Origin: Hydrolagus colliei
Lineage: Eukaryota
Assembly (NCBI GenBank): GCA_035084275.1
Contig: CM068762.1
Coordinates: 11,780,001-11,844,000 of the forward strand
DNA: 64,000 nucleotides
Reading direction: 5' to 3'
Shown here: piece by piece, positions 37,151 through 50,690 of the stretch
How positions within the stretch are numbered: the stretch's first letter is position 1
Layout: each line of letters starts with the position of its first letter
Made by a program: the position numbers and the translations under genes
The notes under the pieces: model-generated
What the model was told of the DNA's origin: nothing
Databases searched by the model: none
Seen by the model: the letters and a program-made list of their open reading frames with translations, nothing else

Positions 37151-38394
37151 CGAGGAGATTGTGGTCTGGGAGGAGAGAGGAAACCACAGGCCGACTGTCA
37201 GGAGAAGGAATCTGTCATTTATATAAACGTGTGGCTTTGAAGTGGTTCCACCAATGTGTGAGTGTGAGTGTGTGTGTGAGTGGGGGTGGGGGGGGAGGGG
37301 GGGGAGTGGGGGGAACCACAGCCTTGTTCAGAGATGATAGATGGTTTTCTACCCACAGAACACACAGCCAATTCACTCTGCAGTGTATTCTGTGAGGCGC
37401 CATTGAGATGTGATAAGGAAATTTGTCGAACGCCAGGATTATTATTATTATCATTATGTTGTCAAACCTTTTTTGTGTGGGGTGAGGTTTTTTTATATTA
37501 ATTTTTTTAAAAACTCAATCCATGACTGTTGGTGCATATCTGCTGTCATTCCACTGCGCAATATATCCTGTGACGCTCTTGGAGACCTCTCAACGACTCA
37601 GTGATAAGGCACCGTGATAAATAATAATCCTTGTATTTGATACAGAGCCTTATTCCCACGTTGAATATACTGTACTGTACCAAGTGCAGGGATTATTATT
37701 ATTTTATGACTTCTTTGTTGTACTGGACGGGAGAGAGGAAACCAGTGTGATTGAAACTCACTTCAATCCCAAAGTGTAGTAACTTGCTTCAGCCTCACGA
37801 TGGCTCATGTGTAATAAAAGGCGTGGAACTGTGGTACCCGACAGTCTCATTCTGCCTCTGTCCCCAATCTGGAAATCAGTGCTGTCTAACCATTTCTGTT
37901 CTCTACAATTAGCCACTGGCTTTGACAAGGATCACGCATAGGGAGGAAAGGCACAATCTGTAACGATTGCTCCTACAAGACACACAGTCCTTTCATTTTA
38001 CAGTATATCCCATCTCGATGACATGATAAGGCTCTATATCAAATGAGAGGATTATTCGTATTATTATAATGAAACTATCTGCCCATCCGCCCTTGTGTGT
38101 TGTGGTGCAGTGAGGGAAGCCCACTGCTAGTGCAGAGCAGGGCTGTGGTTGAATCGCTTTCGAAACCTCAAGCTCAGCTTCAGTAAGCGTGACTGCTCCT
38201 CCCTCTCTCTGTGACCTCCGAGAGGTCACCCACAGAGACTGCGTGTAACCACATCAACAGCAGCAGAGTGGGGGTAATCACTATAATGGAGACATGTGGC
38301 TGAGTGGTTAGAGCACTCGCCTCGCAAGAGAGAAGACCTTTTATCAGGGTTTGAATATAGCGTACAAGGGACTTGTCTCAACCTAATGAAGGGG

Positions 38395-38945
38395 AGGAAC
38401 ATTGGAACTGGAGGAGGCCATTCTGCCCGGCTGATCACTATCTCTAATCAACCTTTCCGTTCCAATTCCCTGCTTTCTTGTCTCCCCCATCGTCTCCCTG
38501 ATCTATCAAGCTCACTTTTGCAGGTTTGAATGGATCCAACATCTAAGACCTTTTGGGGGAGAGAATTCCAGATTTCCACCAACTCTATGAATGGAAAAAA
38601 TACTTCCTGATTTCACTCATAAATGGCCCGGTTCTAATTTTAAGACTGTGTGACTGTGGGATTCCCCCCAACAGAGGAAATAACTTCTCTTTATCTGCTC
38701 CATCAAAGCCTTTTACCATCGTAAATACCTCAATTGAATCACTCCTAAACCTTCTAAACTGAAGGGAATACAATCCAAATTTACGCAGCCTTTCCTCGTA
38801 ACTTAACCCTTAAGGCCCGGTCACACTCTGGTGAACCTCTCTGCGCTGCACGCCCTTCAGGGTCATTATATCTTTCCTGAGGTGTTGTTGCCGAAAACTG
38901 AACGCAGTCTCAATGGGGTCTGACTAATGCTCTATACAGCTGAAG
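38395..38945 (-). mobile_element. CR1-clade LINE 3' fragment
   Basis: Degenerate CR1 C-terminus (ORF 38585-38773) and a 3' end similar to 41995-42300. Confidence 0.7.
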
Positions 38946-39834
38946 CATCATTTCAATGGGCAATTAATTGCTGAGTTACGCCCACACGCAAAACATACAC
39001 TTTACAGGATATTCTGTGAAGCGTTTTAAGACGTTTGAAAGGCATGTTAAGGCGCTATATCGAATGCAAGGATTACTATCAGTTGTGTTATTACCAGAGT
39101 AGTGCCAATAACATAAATGTTGATATTAAAAAAAAGTCACGGAATCCTTAATGGAAATAGCACTGAACCATGTCTCTATGAAGCACATCACATTAACGTC
39201 TGAAATTTATTTTGGGTCGAAGTCAAAAGACTTGTATCACACCAGAGACAAGTCAAACTCGTCACCGCATCTGCACATGTTCCCGTCCATCAAAAATCTT
39301 TATAGCAAAACCCACCAAACCGCACACAGCTAAAGAGGGAACTGAAATTTCCAGATTGTGGGGCTGTTTTCCAGCTGGCATTTGAAAGTGAATTTGGATA
39401 GTGACAGCCTGCCTCACACGTACGTGAGTCTCTGGGTTAGAAGGTCAAGGGATCTTTGAGCTCCCAGACTGGGCTGCTGCTCCAGCTCCATGGCTCAGGG
39501 AATTGGGTCAATTTGAGTTCCTTATAATAATAATAATAATAATAGTAATAAATAATCCCTCCCCCCAAAATAATAATAATAATTTGGTCACCCGATCCAC
39601 AATTGTTTGTGGGACACTGCTGTGTGTAATTAGTCATATTTTGCTCACAAAATGCGCAGTCACTGCAATTTACGATATACTGTGTAAAGAACTCTTGAGA
39701 GATCTCAAGGACACGATAAGGCGTGATATAGTGTGTACAAAGTGTACAGTAAATTCACTTTTACAGAATATCCTGTGAAGTGCTTTGAAACATCTCAACA
39801 GCATGATAAGCTTATATAACAATCCTTGTAGTCG

Positions 39835-39880
39835 ATTCATTCATTCATTCATTCATTCATTCATTCATTCATTCATTCAT
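39835..39880 (+). repeat. (ATTC)n microsatellite
   Basis: About 11 perfect units. Confidence 0.95.
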
Positions 39881-40541
39881 GTGCCTCATCCAACTCGGTA
39901 TTGTATAAATTATGACAATAGACTATAGAGTGCGATCGGCACATGCAACACGGCTAATTCATAGGCCTGACATGTGTCGCACTCACTCACATGTCACACT
40001 CACTCATGAGGACAAAAGGCCCATGAAAGAGTTTGTGGCTGTCAGTCTGACGGAGTTTATATCGATGCCGACAGACACTATATGTTTATGGTAATGATCT
40101 GCAAAGGAGGAACCAGGACTTCACTGTTTAGTCAATAGACACGGGATCTCGACATAATCACGTTTGATGTATGGGTCTGTATATAAATGCAAAGATTCTT
40201 CTTATTATCTATGTCTATGTAAGTGCATGTGTGTATTAATCTGTGTGTGTATGTTAATGTGTGTGTGTAGTGTGCGTGTGTGTGTGTGTGTTTTAATGTG
40301 TGCACACATGCGTTGATGGCTAGGGAGAGGATCACACTTCATCTCAAATCTTGGGTGTTTGCTGATTTTGTGATCTTGTCTTGTCAGTGCAAACGGTTAA
40401 GGAAGTTGTTTCTTTCTATCAGCATTTTCAAAATATGTTTTTTGACAGAAAGACTGTTTTTGGTGAGCTTGACTTCTGCTTCCTTTCCAGTAAGAAGCGC
40501 TGAGAGCTGCCACACAACAGACCTTGTTCCCTTCGCTCCTG

Positions 40542-43500
40542 ATGGACTTCACCTTGATTCTTCTCTTCTCTTCCATCTCAGGTCAGTCACACCCGGAGCT
40601 GAGCAGCCAGATGTTCCCGTGGTTGGACTGGTTGCCATTTTGAAAGCAGTTGTTAAAAACGTTCTGTTTTTTTCTCTGTCATCTCAAAATTTCTCAATGG
40701 TTGAAGGACAGTAATTAGGATCTCAGTAAACACAAAAAAACGGTTAAGTTTCGTAACTTCCCGTTACTAATTGCCACACTCCAATTACCAGCCTGGAGTC
40801 CGCATCTTGCCAACGTTTCAAGACTTGTCTCTCTCCCTCTCTCTCTCTCTCGACAAAATACAACTTAGAAATTGCTTTGCCAGGTTTGGTCTGAACACCG
40901 TTGCTGTCACTAAACATTCTCAGGATTGGACCAGTACAATCTGAGGTACAGATCAGCCATGGTCTAATAGAATGGTGGAACAGGCTCAGGAGGTGCTGAG
41001 TTGTCTCCTTCTGTTCCTATGTTCTACGGCAAGAAAAGCAAACATTTGTGGAAATTTACGAATTTAGTCTACGATTATTGTAATAATGCTTGCATTTGAT
41101 CACGTCATCAGGACATCTGTCCCAAAGGATATAGCCTAAAGTGGATTGATTGTGTGTTTTGTGGGTGAAACGCGGCAGCCAAATTGAGGAAAACTAAAAA
41201 ACGAAATAACCTAAAATTACGAAAATGGAAGAGAGTTTGACGGGGCTCCAGAGATCAGCCTCTGGTGTGGTCATCAGCTCCTCTGTCCCAGACCTGATAC
41301 AGAACAAACAGCAATAACAGCAGCGTCCAGCCTCAGTGATCAATGCTTAAACCCCAATCACAATACAACAGCCGTTCAACTGTATGGATAAGAGCAGTGG
41401 TGCTCACAGTCTGTACACAGTTGGGAATCGTTTACTAAAGGAAGTGTTTGTATTGAGCAGTTATGGTTTGTTTCATTGGTGATGTTTTGTCTCTAGTTTC
41501 AGATGCAATATGGGGGAAAGCTGCTGTAACAGGAGTTGTGGGCCGAGCGGTCACAATAGACTGTCACTATGATAAACAGCGGTACCGGTCACACAGCAAA
41601 TATTGGTGTTGGGGATGGTATCGTACTAGTTGTCAGGTTGTAGTTAATACAAACGACAAGAATGGACGACGAGGAAGATTCTCAATCACAGATCACACCA
41701 GAGACGGGGTATTTACTGTCACTATGGAGGATCTCACCACTGGAGATGCAGATTGGTATAACTGTGGTATTGATACACCTGGCAATGATCCAATGTTTGC
41801 TGTAAGACTACACATATCTTACGGTAAGCTATCTGAGCTATTGATTCGTATTTGAATGTGTAAAACTGTTACTTATGAGTCAAACAAGGAAAATACAACA
41901 TTTGCAAAAAAACTACACATATCTGACCGTATCTTAAACCATTGACTTTAATTTGAACTTTAAACACAATGTGTAAACTTAGCACATACCCAGCTCATCA
42001 GTATTACAGAATCATAGAATTTTATGGCACAAAAGGAGGCCATTCAGCTCATCTAGTCTGTGCCAGCTCTTTGAAAAGAGCAACTCAATCCCACTCTGCC
42101 CTGCTCTCTCCCCATAACTTGACAGACCTGTTCTCCCTAAATCAAAATAAAGATAAATAAAGATGTAATTCTCTTTTAAAAGCTGGAATCGAATCGGCCT
42201 CCACCACCTTTTCAGGCAATGCATTGCAGATTTGAATAACCCGCTGAGTGAAAACATTTCTCTTCAGATCCCCTCTGCTTTGTTTTGAGACTATTTTAAA
42301 TCTGTGGCCACGAGTCACAGATTTGCCCACCAGTGGAAACAGTTTTTTTCTTATTCACCCTGTCGAATCCCCTCATGATTTTACAAACCCATATTAGGTC
42401 TCCTCTCAACCTTCTCTGTTCTAAAGAGAATAAAGCTAGCCTATCTAGCCTTTCCCCATAACTGAAGTCCCTCAATCCTGGTACCATTCCAGTAAACCTT
42501 CTTTGCACCGTTTCCAATGTCTTAACATCCTTTCTATAGTGTGGTGACCAGAATTGGACACAATCCTCCAGCTGAGGCCTAACCAAAGTCTTATAGAGGT
42601 TAGTCAGCACTTCCTGACTTTTGTACTCAATACTCCTATTCATAAAGCCTAGTATCCCATATGCCTTCTTAACGGATTTGTCTACCTGTCCTGCCACCTT
42701 CAAAGAGTCACTAACACAAATCCCCAGGTCTCTCTTGTTCCCTCACACCTTTAAAATTGTACTATCTAGCCTATATTGCCTCCTCTCATTTCTTCTCACA
42801 AAATGTATCACCTAACACTTCTCTGCATTAAACTTAATCTGCCATGTTTCTGCCCACTTTACCATTTTATCCATATCTTCTCGCAGATGGTTACTATCCT
42901 CCTCACTATTTACGATTCTCCCTAACTTAGTATCATCTGCAAACTTGGAAACTGTGTTCCGTACACCAAAGTCCAGATCGTTAATATATATTAAGCTTCT
43001 TTAGCTTGGCTCAAGTACTTCAGCTTGGCTCAGTTTACACCACAGAAAGTTATGATTTCCTACCTTAAGAAGCTCTGTCACATATAACACAAGTCAGACT
43101 CCATGAGAAGTCAGTTGTTTATTCTATGACAGCCTGTAAACAGTCCCAATGCAGGAATTAGAATCTGTCAGCCAGTGACTGATTGTCTCTTTCCCCACAG
43201 AGCCTGTGTCGGTTCCTCAGCTTAGATTCTTATCAGCTCCCAATGCCTCGTGTTCAGGAGGTAATGTCTCCATCTCCTGTAAGTCCATCAGTGGATCCCT
43301 TCCCATTCAGTATCAATGGTACAGAGAGACACAGTCTGGAGCTTCAGTGATCTCTCACAGCAACAAACTAGACATACAATGTGGCTCCATCTCCCAGTCT
43401 CACCAGTGCTACTGCACAGCCTCAAATAACCAAGGAACACGACAAAGTGAAATGGTTGAAGTCTCAGATTTACAGTTCCTGAATGAGACGTGCCGTTACC

Positions 43501-46500
43501 TGGTTAGGATCAACAGCATTGGTGAGTACAGTGTTGAACAGAGGATTCATGAGAAACAAATAATGTCCATTCAGACTGGATTCTCTGATCAGTTAATTCA
43601 ATCAATGGAGAAATTGTCCACACTGCACAAACCTATTGTGTTATGTCCCTTGTACTAAATGGATGACCACTAACCAGTCCATGCCAGTGAAGATGTCCCA
43701 AGGCACTGGACAGATTCACCGTAGCTGGGATTTGATATAAAGAGGGAGGAGGGCAAGGAGAGAAGAGGGTTGGAGGGTGACCAAAGGAATGATCGAAGAG
43801 AAGAGTCTGGAGGCATGCTTTGAAAGGCCAGGGTTGGAGTGAGTTGAAGGGACTGTGGGATGGAGTTCCAGAGGTTGGGTGCAGAATCACTAACTGCTCG
43901 CCCACCAATGGTGGGGAGGGTGTGTCAGGGGGTGGAGCAGGCCAGAGAACATAAGAACAGAAGAATTAATCCCCCAGAACCTGCTGAGCAGAGGGAGCTG
44001 GCAGGTTGCTAGGGGGTTAGGAGATTGTCGAGGTAGGGTGGAGTGAGGCCATGGAAAGCTTTGAATGTGAAGACCAGGATCTTGAATTGGATGCTCTGGA
44101 TGATGGGGAGCCAATTGAGTCGGGCAAAGATGGTGGAGATGGGAGTCATAAAGCTTGGAGTGGTAGCGGACACTGGCCACAGATTCCTGGATTATCTCCC
44201 CAAAGAGGGAGGAATTGGGAAGGCTGACCAACAGGGCGTTTGCGTAGTCAAGCCGGGATGTAATGAAAGCATAAATAACCAGCCCAGTGACAATCACAGA
44301 GAAAGTGTTGTCTGTTATTTCAAGCCTGAGGTGCAGGTTGGTGCCAGGGTTCTCTTCTGAGCAGCTGTTGAGCAAATCTGAATTGTGTTCTTTCCCTTCA
44401 AAGGACATGAATATTCCTGTCCCGAGATCACAACCGCGCCAATGTTAACTGCACACGTTCCAATTACACGCATCTCGTCCACTGACACACAAGACTCCAG
44501 CATTCCAGTTAAAAACAACAGGTAAGAATGGAACTATCACCCCATGTGTTAGGCTCTGAAATGTCATCCTGTTTTGGAGGGGCAGAATGGACACTGAGGG
44601 CAAGGATTCTTCTCATTCACCTCCTTTTAACGCTGTGAACTGATAAGGTGGTGCTAGCTGGAGAAACAGTGGGAAACTTTCCTTGCAATACTTTCAGTGG
44701 TAAGTTAGGCAGTTTAAGCTTGCTAAATAAGGAGTCAACAAACCTCAGCTACAGCAACAACAACCAATAGCGGACGGCGTCTCAGAGCACTTCACAAAAC
44801 AGGTCCCGGGGCCAGCCAGGAGGAGGGGGAATAAGGTGACCAAAAGCGCAGTCGACAAGAAAAGTCTTTAGGCACAACTGAAAATAGGAAGGGAGGGGAC
44901 GAGGCGAAGAGAGTGAGGGAGGGCGTTCCAGAGCCTCGGGCCGTAGTGGCTGAAGGTACGGCCGCCAACGGTGGAACGGAGGATTCGGGGGGGGCGAGGA
45001 CGAGGCCAGAACCGGTGGAGCGAAGGCAACGGATACTGTGGTGTAACAGCTGTCACCAAACTGCAGCTCACACAATTGCGAAACGAACCCTCCTCTACGT
45101 GTTGTAGTTCTGCAAACTTAGCAAAGAGTTGTACGTGTCTCGAAAAGCCTTGTCACGTCCTGTTCTCTGCTCTCCAGGTTGGTGTACATTGTGCTGGGAT
45201 TGCTGGGGCTGCTGCTGATCGCAGCCATTCTGTCTGTACTTGTGCTCAGGGAGCAAAGGAAGAAGCGCGGTAAGTGTCTGACTCATACAAGGCTTTAATG
45301 GTTTATATTGACATGGATACAAATGATTTAATTGTAGTCAATTAGCTGCCCAGTCAATTCACTTCACGGTATATTCTGTGAAACACTTTGAGAAGTCTCG
45401 AAGAATTGATAAGGTTCTATGTATGGAGTCACTGTAGCTCAGTGCTTAGAGCACTTGCCTTGAAAGCGAGAGACTCGGTTCGATTCTAGGCAGGATGAAA
45501 CCTTGGGCAAGTTTCCCCACTCCACGTGCATAATAATCCCTAGAAAAAAAAGCAATAAGCATTTCAATCCACGACTGTTTGCGGGGACACTGCTGTGACC
45601 AATTGGCTGCCACGTTTCGCCCACAAACATACAGTCAATTCATTTTACACTATATTCTTTTGAAGCGCTTTGAGACATCTAGCAGATGTGAAAGCCCTAC
45701 ATGAAATGCAAGGATTATTATTATTAAACACAAGGATTGTTAGTATAATGGCTGAAAAGATGGCATTTTACTTTGGTGATCCAATCAATGATGGGAGGGC
45801 GCAAATTCTGAAAGATTTTGATAAGTGGCTATAGGATGAAACTGGATTGTGTTTGGATTGATCAGTGAGTTAGTGACTAGAGGGCAGTAATTTCAGATAG
45901 TTAACAAAGGAGGGAGAATAAAGGAAAGTTATTACTCGGAGTTTTTACACAGAGTATGGAATGCCTCTCTGGGCAGTGGTTGAGACAGGATCTATATTAG
46001 ATTACAGGAGGGTGTTAGACAACTGTCTGAAGAGCAATAAGTGGCAGGAGTTTGGGGAAAAGGAAAGGCAATGGGACTGAACAGATTGCTCTGTCAATGA
46101 GCCAGCACAGGCACAATGGGCCAAATGGCCTTTTTCTGTACTGTATGTTTCAGTGATTTTCTGTGGCTTTAACTTTACTTCCAACATGTCAATGATTAGT
46201 AGCAGATTGTCAGGAGACAGTTGTTGATTCTTGTGACCATTTTCCCTGCGTCTAAGATCTCCGTATTGCTGCTTCATATAGAAGAACAGTTGGCTCACGT
46301 GGAGCAGGGAATGGTGATGAGGTAAGAAGTTTAATGTACGCTTCATGACGTTAAGAAAAGTTTAAACTGATGACCTGGGACCTGCCTCAGGTGGATGTTA
46401 AAGAGCCACTGATCACAAAGAGATGGGAGTTTCTCCCCGTGTTTTGGCCAACAATCCACCAGATTAACTGGTCAGTCACCTCCAGGCTGTTTGTGAGAGA

Positions 46501-46936
46501 TTGTGTGAGCAGACTGTGAAGTGAACACTTTGAGATGGTGACATTATAGGCGCGATATCAAACACAAACTTATTACTAAGCACAAAGCAAATCATGTCTG
46601 AGGATTGTATTGACCCGTGCAATTTAACTCCAGCTTGAAACCAATACAACTTACGCAAACGTGCAGAAGAGGTCAGCGCGTTCTGTGGCTGGGAGCAGCG
46701 AGGCAGCCACACAGTTATGCACTGGAGATGCCAACATCACGTACGCAGAAGTGAAGTTTGTTCAGAGATCAGCAAAGACAGAAAGTGGAACCCCAGCCAC
46801 GCTCTCATCCGACACTGGCGACAGTAACATGTACAGCAACATCACGGCTCAAAATCCACCCTCACAGGACAGGAAGGAAAACCCAGAGTTGGAATTAACA
46901 GAATATGCTACAGTTGTATTTTCACAGCGAAAATAG
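40542..46936 (+). CDS. R5: V-C2 inhibitory-type receptor, about 421 aa (435 aa with the 42-nt exon)
   Basis: Exons: leader 40542-40581, V 41497-41823, C2 43201-43521, stalk 44404-44521, optional 44658-44699, TM 45178-45269, cyt1 46257-46321, cyt2 46634-46936. In frame throughout. Confidence 0.87.
41497..41823 (+). CDS. R5 Ig V exon
   Basis: Inside ORF 41463-41855; canonical splice sites. Confidence 0.92.
41995..42985 (-). mobile_element. CR1-clade LINE 3' fragment in the R5 V-C2 intron
   Basis: ORF 42296-42703 (LYKTLVRPQLEDCVQFWSPHYRKDV..RRLRGDLI) is the typical CR1 RT C-terminus. The fragment is absent from paralogous introns. Confidence 0.88.
43201..43521 (+). CDS. R5 C2-type Ig exon
   Basis: ORF 43206-43658; canonical splice sites. 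Confidence 0.9.
43690..44280 (-). mobile_element. L2-clade LINE fragment in the R5 C2-stalk intron
   Basis: AFITSRLDYANALLVSLP motif (ORF 43890-44408). Confidence 0.78.
45425..45725 (+). mobile_element. tRNA-derived SINE
   Basis: Full-length copy. Confidence 0.8.
45880..46150 (+). mobile_element. CR1-like LINE 3' fragment (paralogous copy at about 63640-63895)
   Basis: tggaatgcctctctgggcagtggttgagacagga...aatgggccaaatggcc, present in the TM-cyt1 introns of R5 and R8. Confidence 0.55.
46634..46936 (+). CDS. R5 terminal cytoplasmic exon, four Tyr motifs
   Basis: LETNTTYANV..ITYAEV..NMYSNI..TEYATVVFSQRK*. Confidence 0.87.
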   Translation, partial: LETNTTYANVQKRSARSVAGSSEAATQLCTGDANITYAEVKFVQRSAKTESGTPATLSSDTGDSNMYSNITAQNPPSQDRKENPELELTEYATVVFSQRK

Positions 46937-49900
46937 TGATGGTGTGTGTGTACATGAGGTGGGGGTGAGGGTGGATGTAACCCATGATGTGCTAATTGTC
47001 ACAAGTTGCAATTTTCACGCCAGATGATGTGAGGCAGCGGTATCCTACAATACTGTTATTCCCGTTAGCATTTATTCAGAGGGAATTTTTTTGGTTCCAG
47101 TAAATTGCGCACAGCTTTACACGACAATCCTTTTATGTTATTGTTTTGTCGGACGCTCAGAAACGCTGCATTATTCGCGACTAAATTGTCCACAAAAAAA
47201 ACTTGTCCATGACAGGAAGTCCTTTGCCTCGTTGACCAGACAGACACAAGCTTCCAGATTTACTCTGGCTCCAATTAAACAACTCCCATATCTGTGACCA
47301 GCATTGCCTAATGTAACACTGCCCTGAATGTTTATGCCTTTTGATGGGTTAAATAAAAGTCTTCAACTGCCCTATCGTTCATTGTTCATTTGCCTGAATA
47401 TTTGGGGATGAGGAGCGACCATAACAGACTGTCCCTGATATTAACTGTAACCTTTCATGTGTTAGTGTTGTTTCCCATTGCGTTGGTTCTGAGGATATAG
47501 TTGACACAAATATACACATCTGTTCAATGGACGACTAGAGACAACAACAACAGCAAGAAAGGAATACCAGTCACTTACAACAATAACAAAATTACATTTG
47601 TAGAGCGCCTTTCGTGTTGGGAGGGGCTAATTAGTTAGCCTTATTACTCTATCATTCATGTGCCTAACCCAACACGGTATTGTATGGATTATGACAAGAG
47701 AGTATAGAGTGTGGTCGGCTCGGCACATGCAACATGACTAATTCTTCGGCTTAACATGTGTCACTCTCACTCACATGTCACAGTCACTCATGAGGACAAA
47801 AGGCCCACTAAAGAGTTTGTGGCTGTCAGGGTGACGGAGTTTATATCGGTGCAGACAGACACTGTATATTTATGAGAATGATCTGCAGAGGAGGAACCAC
47901 TGTTTCGTCAATACACACGGGATTTCAACATCATCAAGTTTGACATAAGTGGGTGGGACTGTATATAAAGTGAAAGATTCTTCTTATTATATATGTCTAT
48001 GTAAGTGTGCGTGTAAATTTGTGCATCTGAAGCAGTATCCCGTCCAGCGCCTTGGGACGTCCTCCTGACATGAAAGCCCCTATACAAATGTAATTTTGTT
48101 GTTATTGTTGTGTGTGTGTGTTTTAATCTGCGTGTATTAACACCTGTGTGTGTGTATTAATATATGTGTGTATATTAATGTGGCTGGGGAAGGATCAAAC
48201 TTCATCTCAAACCTTAAGACATGAGCTTCCTCAAACCCTGGAAGGTTTGAAGAAGATCTTGCAGAGTGCAAATTCTTAAGCAAGTTCTATCTGTCTATCA
48301 GCATTTTTAAAACTGTATATAGACAGAAAGGTTGTTTTTGGTGAGCTTGACTTCCTCTTCCTTTTCCTTTTATCACACAAACTGCCTTTTCAGTAAGAAG
48401 CGCTGAGAGCTGCCACACAACAGACCTTGTTCCCTTCGCTCCTGATGGACTTCACCTTGATTCTTCTCTTCCCTCTCAGGTCAGTCACACCCGGAGCTGA
48501 GCAGCCAGATGTTCCTATGGTTAAGAGAAAGGGAGGGGGGGTGGAGACAGGGCAAGGAAGACATAGGAGAAATTGCGGTAGGGGCCGGAGAGACGGGTTA
48601 ATGAGCTGTTAATGTGGTAAACCAAAGAGTAAATTGCAACAAGACTTGAGAGAAGAGGTGTTAATAATGCTAAAACAAAGGAAAAGTGAAATTGCCCCCA
48701 AAAAACGGCCGATCGGGTATTGGCAGAAGAAGTGGAAGGTGAGCTGATCCATGTGGGATTACTTGATGTTTAAGGCAATTACTCAAGAAAGAAGTATGGC
48801 TATTAAAACGTGTTTTAGTGAACACAACATCTGCCTCTCTGTCTCTCAAACTCCCTCTCTGTCCCATTTGAAAGCGGTTGTTAAAAAATCTTCTTGTTTT
48901 CCCTCTTTCTCGTCGTCTCTCTCTCGCTCTCTCAAAATTTCTCAAGAATGCGGAACAATATTGGCATCTGAGTATCAAAAAAACCTGAAGTTTCATGACT
49001 TCCTGTCTCTGTACTTATTGCCACACTCTCGTAAAAAAAACTACAACTTAGAATAAGTTCGAAGTCAGAAGGCGCTTTGCCATATTTGGTATGAACGCTG
49101 TTGCTATCGCTGAACGTTCTCAGGATTTGACCGGTTTGAAGCTTGGGGTGGTATCTGAAATTGTGTTCTCCTGTTCCTATGTACCACAGGAAGAAATGTA
49201 AAAAATTGTCGTTGGTTTAACTCCTTGTGGAAATTCCCAGATTTTCCCAGAAATTCCCCTATTGTAATAATACTTGCATTTGATGTAGCTCTTCATCAGG
49301 TCATCAGTCTGCCCCAAAGCTCTCCACACGATACACCCTAAAGTGCATTGATTGTGTGTTTTGTGGGAGAAACGCGGCAGCCAAATTGGAGAAGAAGAAA
49401 TGACCGAAAATGATGAAAAAGAGAGTTTGACGGGGCTCCACAAATCAGCCTCGGATGTGGTCATCAGCTCCTCTGTCCCAGACCTGATACAGAACAAACA
49501 GCAATAACAGCAGCGTCCAGCCTCAGTGATCAATGCTTAAACCCCAATCACAATACACCAGCCGTTCAACTGTATGGCTAAGAGCAGTGGTGCTCACAGT
49601 CTGTACACAGTTGGGAATCATTTACTAAAGGAAGTGTTTGTATTGAGCAGTTATGGTTTGTTTCATTGGTGATGTTTTGTCTCTAGTTTCAGATGCAATA
49701 TGGGGGAAAGCTGCTGTGACAGGAGTTGTGGGCGGAGTGACCACAATAGACTGTCACTATGATAAACAGCTGTACCGGTAACACAGCAAATATTGGTGTC
49801 GGGGATGATATCGTGCTAGTTGTGAGGTTGTAGTTGAAACAAACGACAAGAATGGACGACGAGGAATATTCTCAATCACAGATAACACCAGAGACGGGGT

Positions 49901-50139
49901 ATTTACTGTGACTATGGAGGATCTCACCACTGGAGATGCAGGATGGTATAACTGTGGTATTGATACATCTGGCTATGATCCAATGTTTGTTGTACGACTA
50001 CACATATTCTACGGTAAGCTACCTGAGCTATTGATTCTTCTTTTAATGTGTAAAACTGTTACTTGTGAGTCTAACAAGGAAAATACGTTTGCAAAAAAGC
50101 TACACATATCTGACCGTATTTTAAACCATTCAACAACAA

Positions 50140-50690
50140 CAACAAAATTGCACTTATAAATTGCACTTGCCTTTCACATCCAAAGCGCTGAACAGTCAGG
50201 TCGGGACCCAAGCGGGGGGGAGTGGGGGGTGGGAGGGAAGGAAGAGTTAGTGGGGAAGCCGAAGGTGTGGTCCAAGAGGAAGGTCTTGAGACCGGCCTTG
50301 AAGGAGGTAAGGGAGGAAGCGAGGTGGAGGGGCTGCGGGATGGAGTTCCACAGTGTGGGGGCAGAGAGGCTGAAAGCCCAGCCGCCGATGGTTGGGCGGT
50401 TAGGGCTGGTGGACGCGGAGCAGGCCTGAGGCTGCTGAACGGAGGGGACGGGCACAGGCTGATGGGGAGACAGCAGGTCAGAGAGATAGGTGGGGGCAAG
50501 GCCGCGAATGGCCTTGAAAGTATGGACGAGGATCTTGAATTCGATCCTCTGGGGGACAGGGAGCCAGGGTAGATGGGCGAGGGTGGGATTGATATGGCGC
50601 AGAGCCTAGTATGGGAGAGAACACAAGCTGCAGAATTCAGAATGTGCTGCAGCCTGTGAAGGGAGGAGCTGGGGAGGCCGACGAGGATTA
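50140..50690 (-). mobile_element. L2-clade LINE 3' fragment
   Basis: RPTIGGWAFSLSAPTLWNSIP..FKAGLKTFL motif. Confidence 0.78.
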
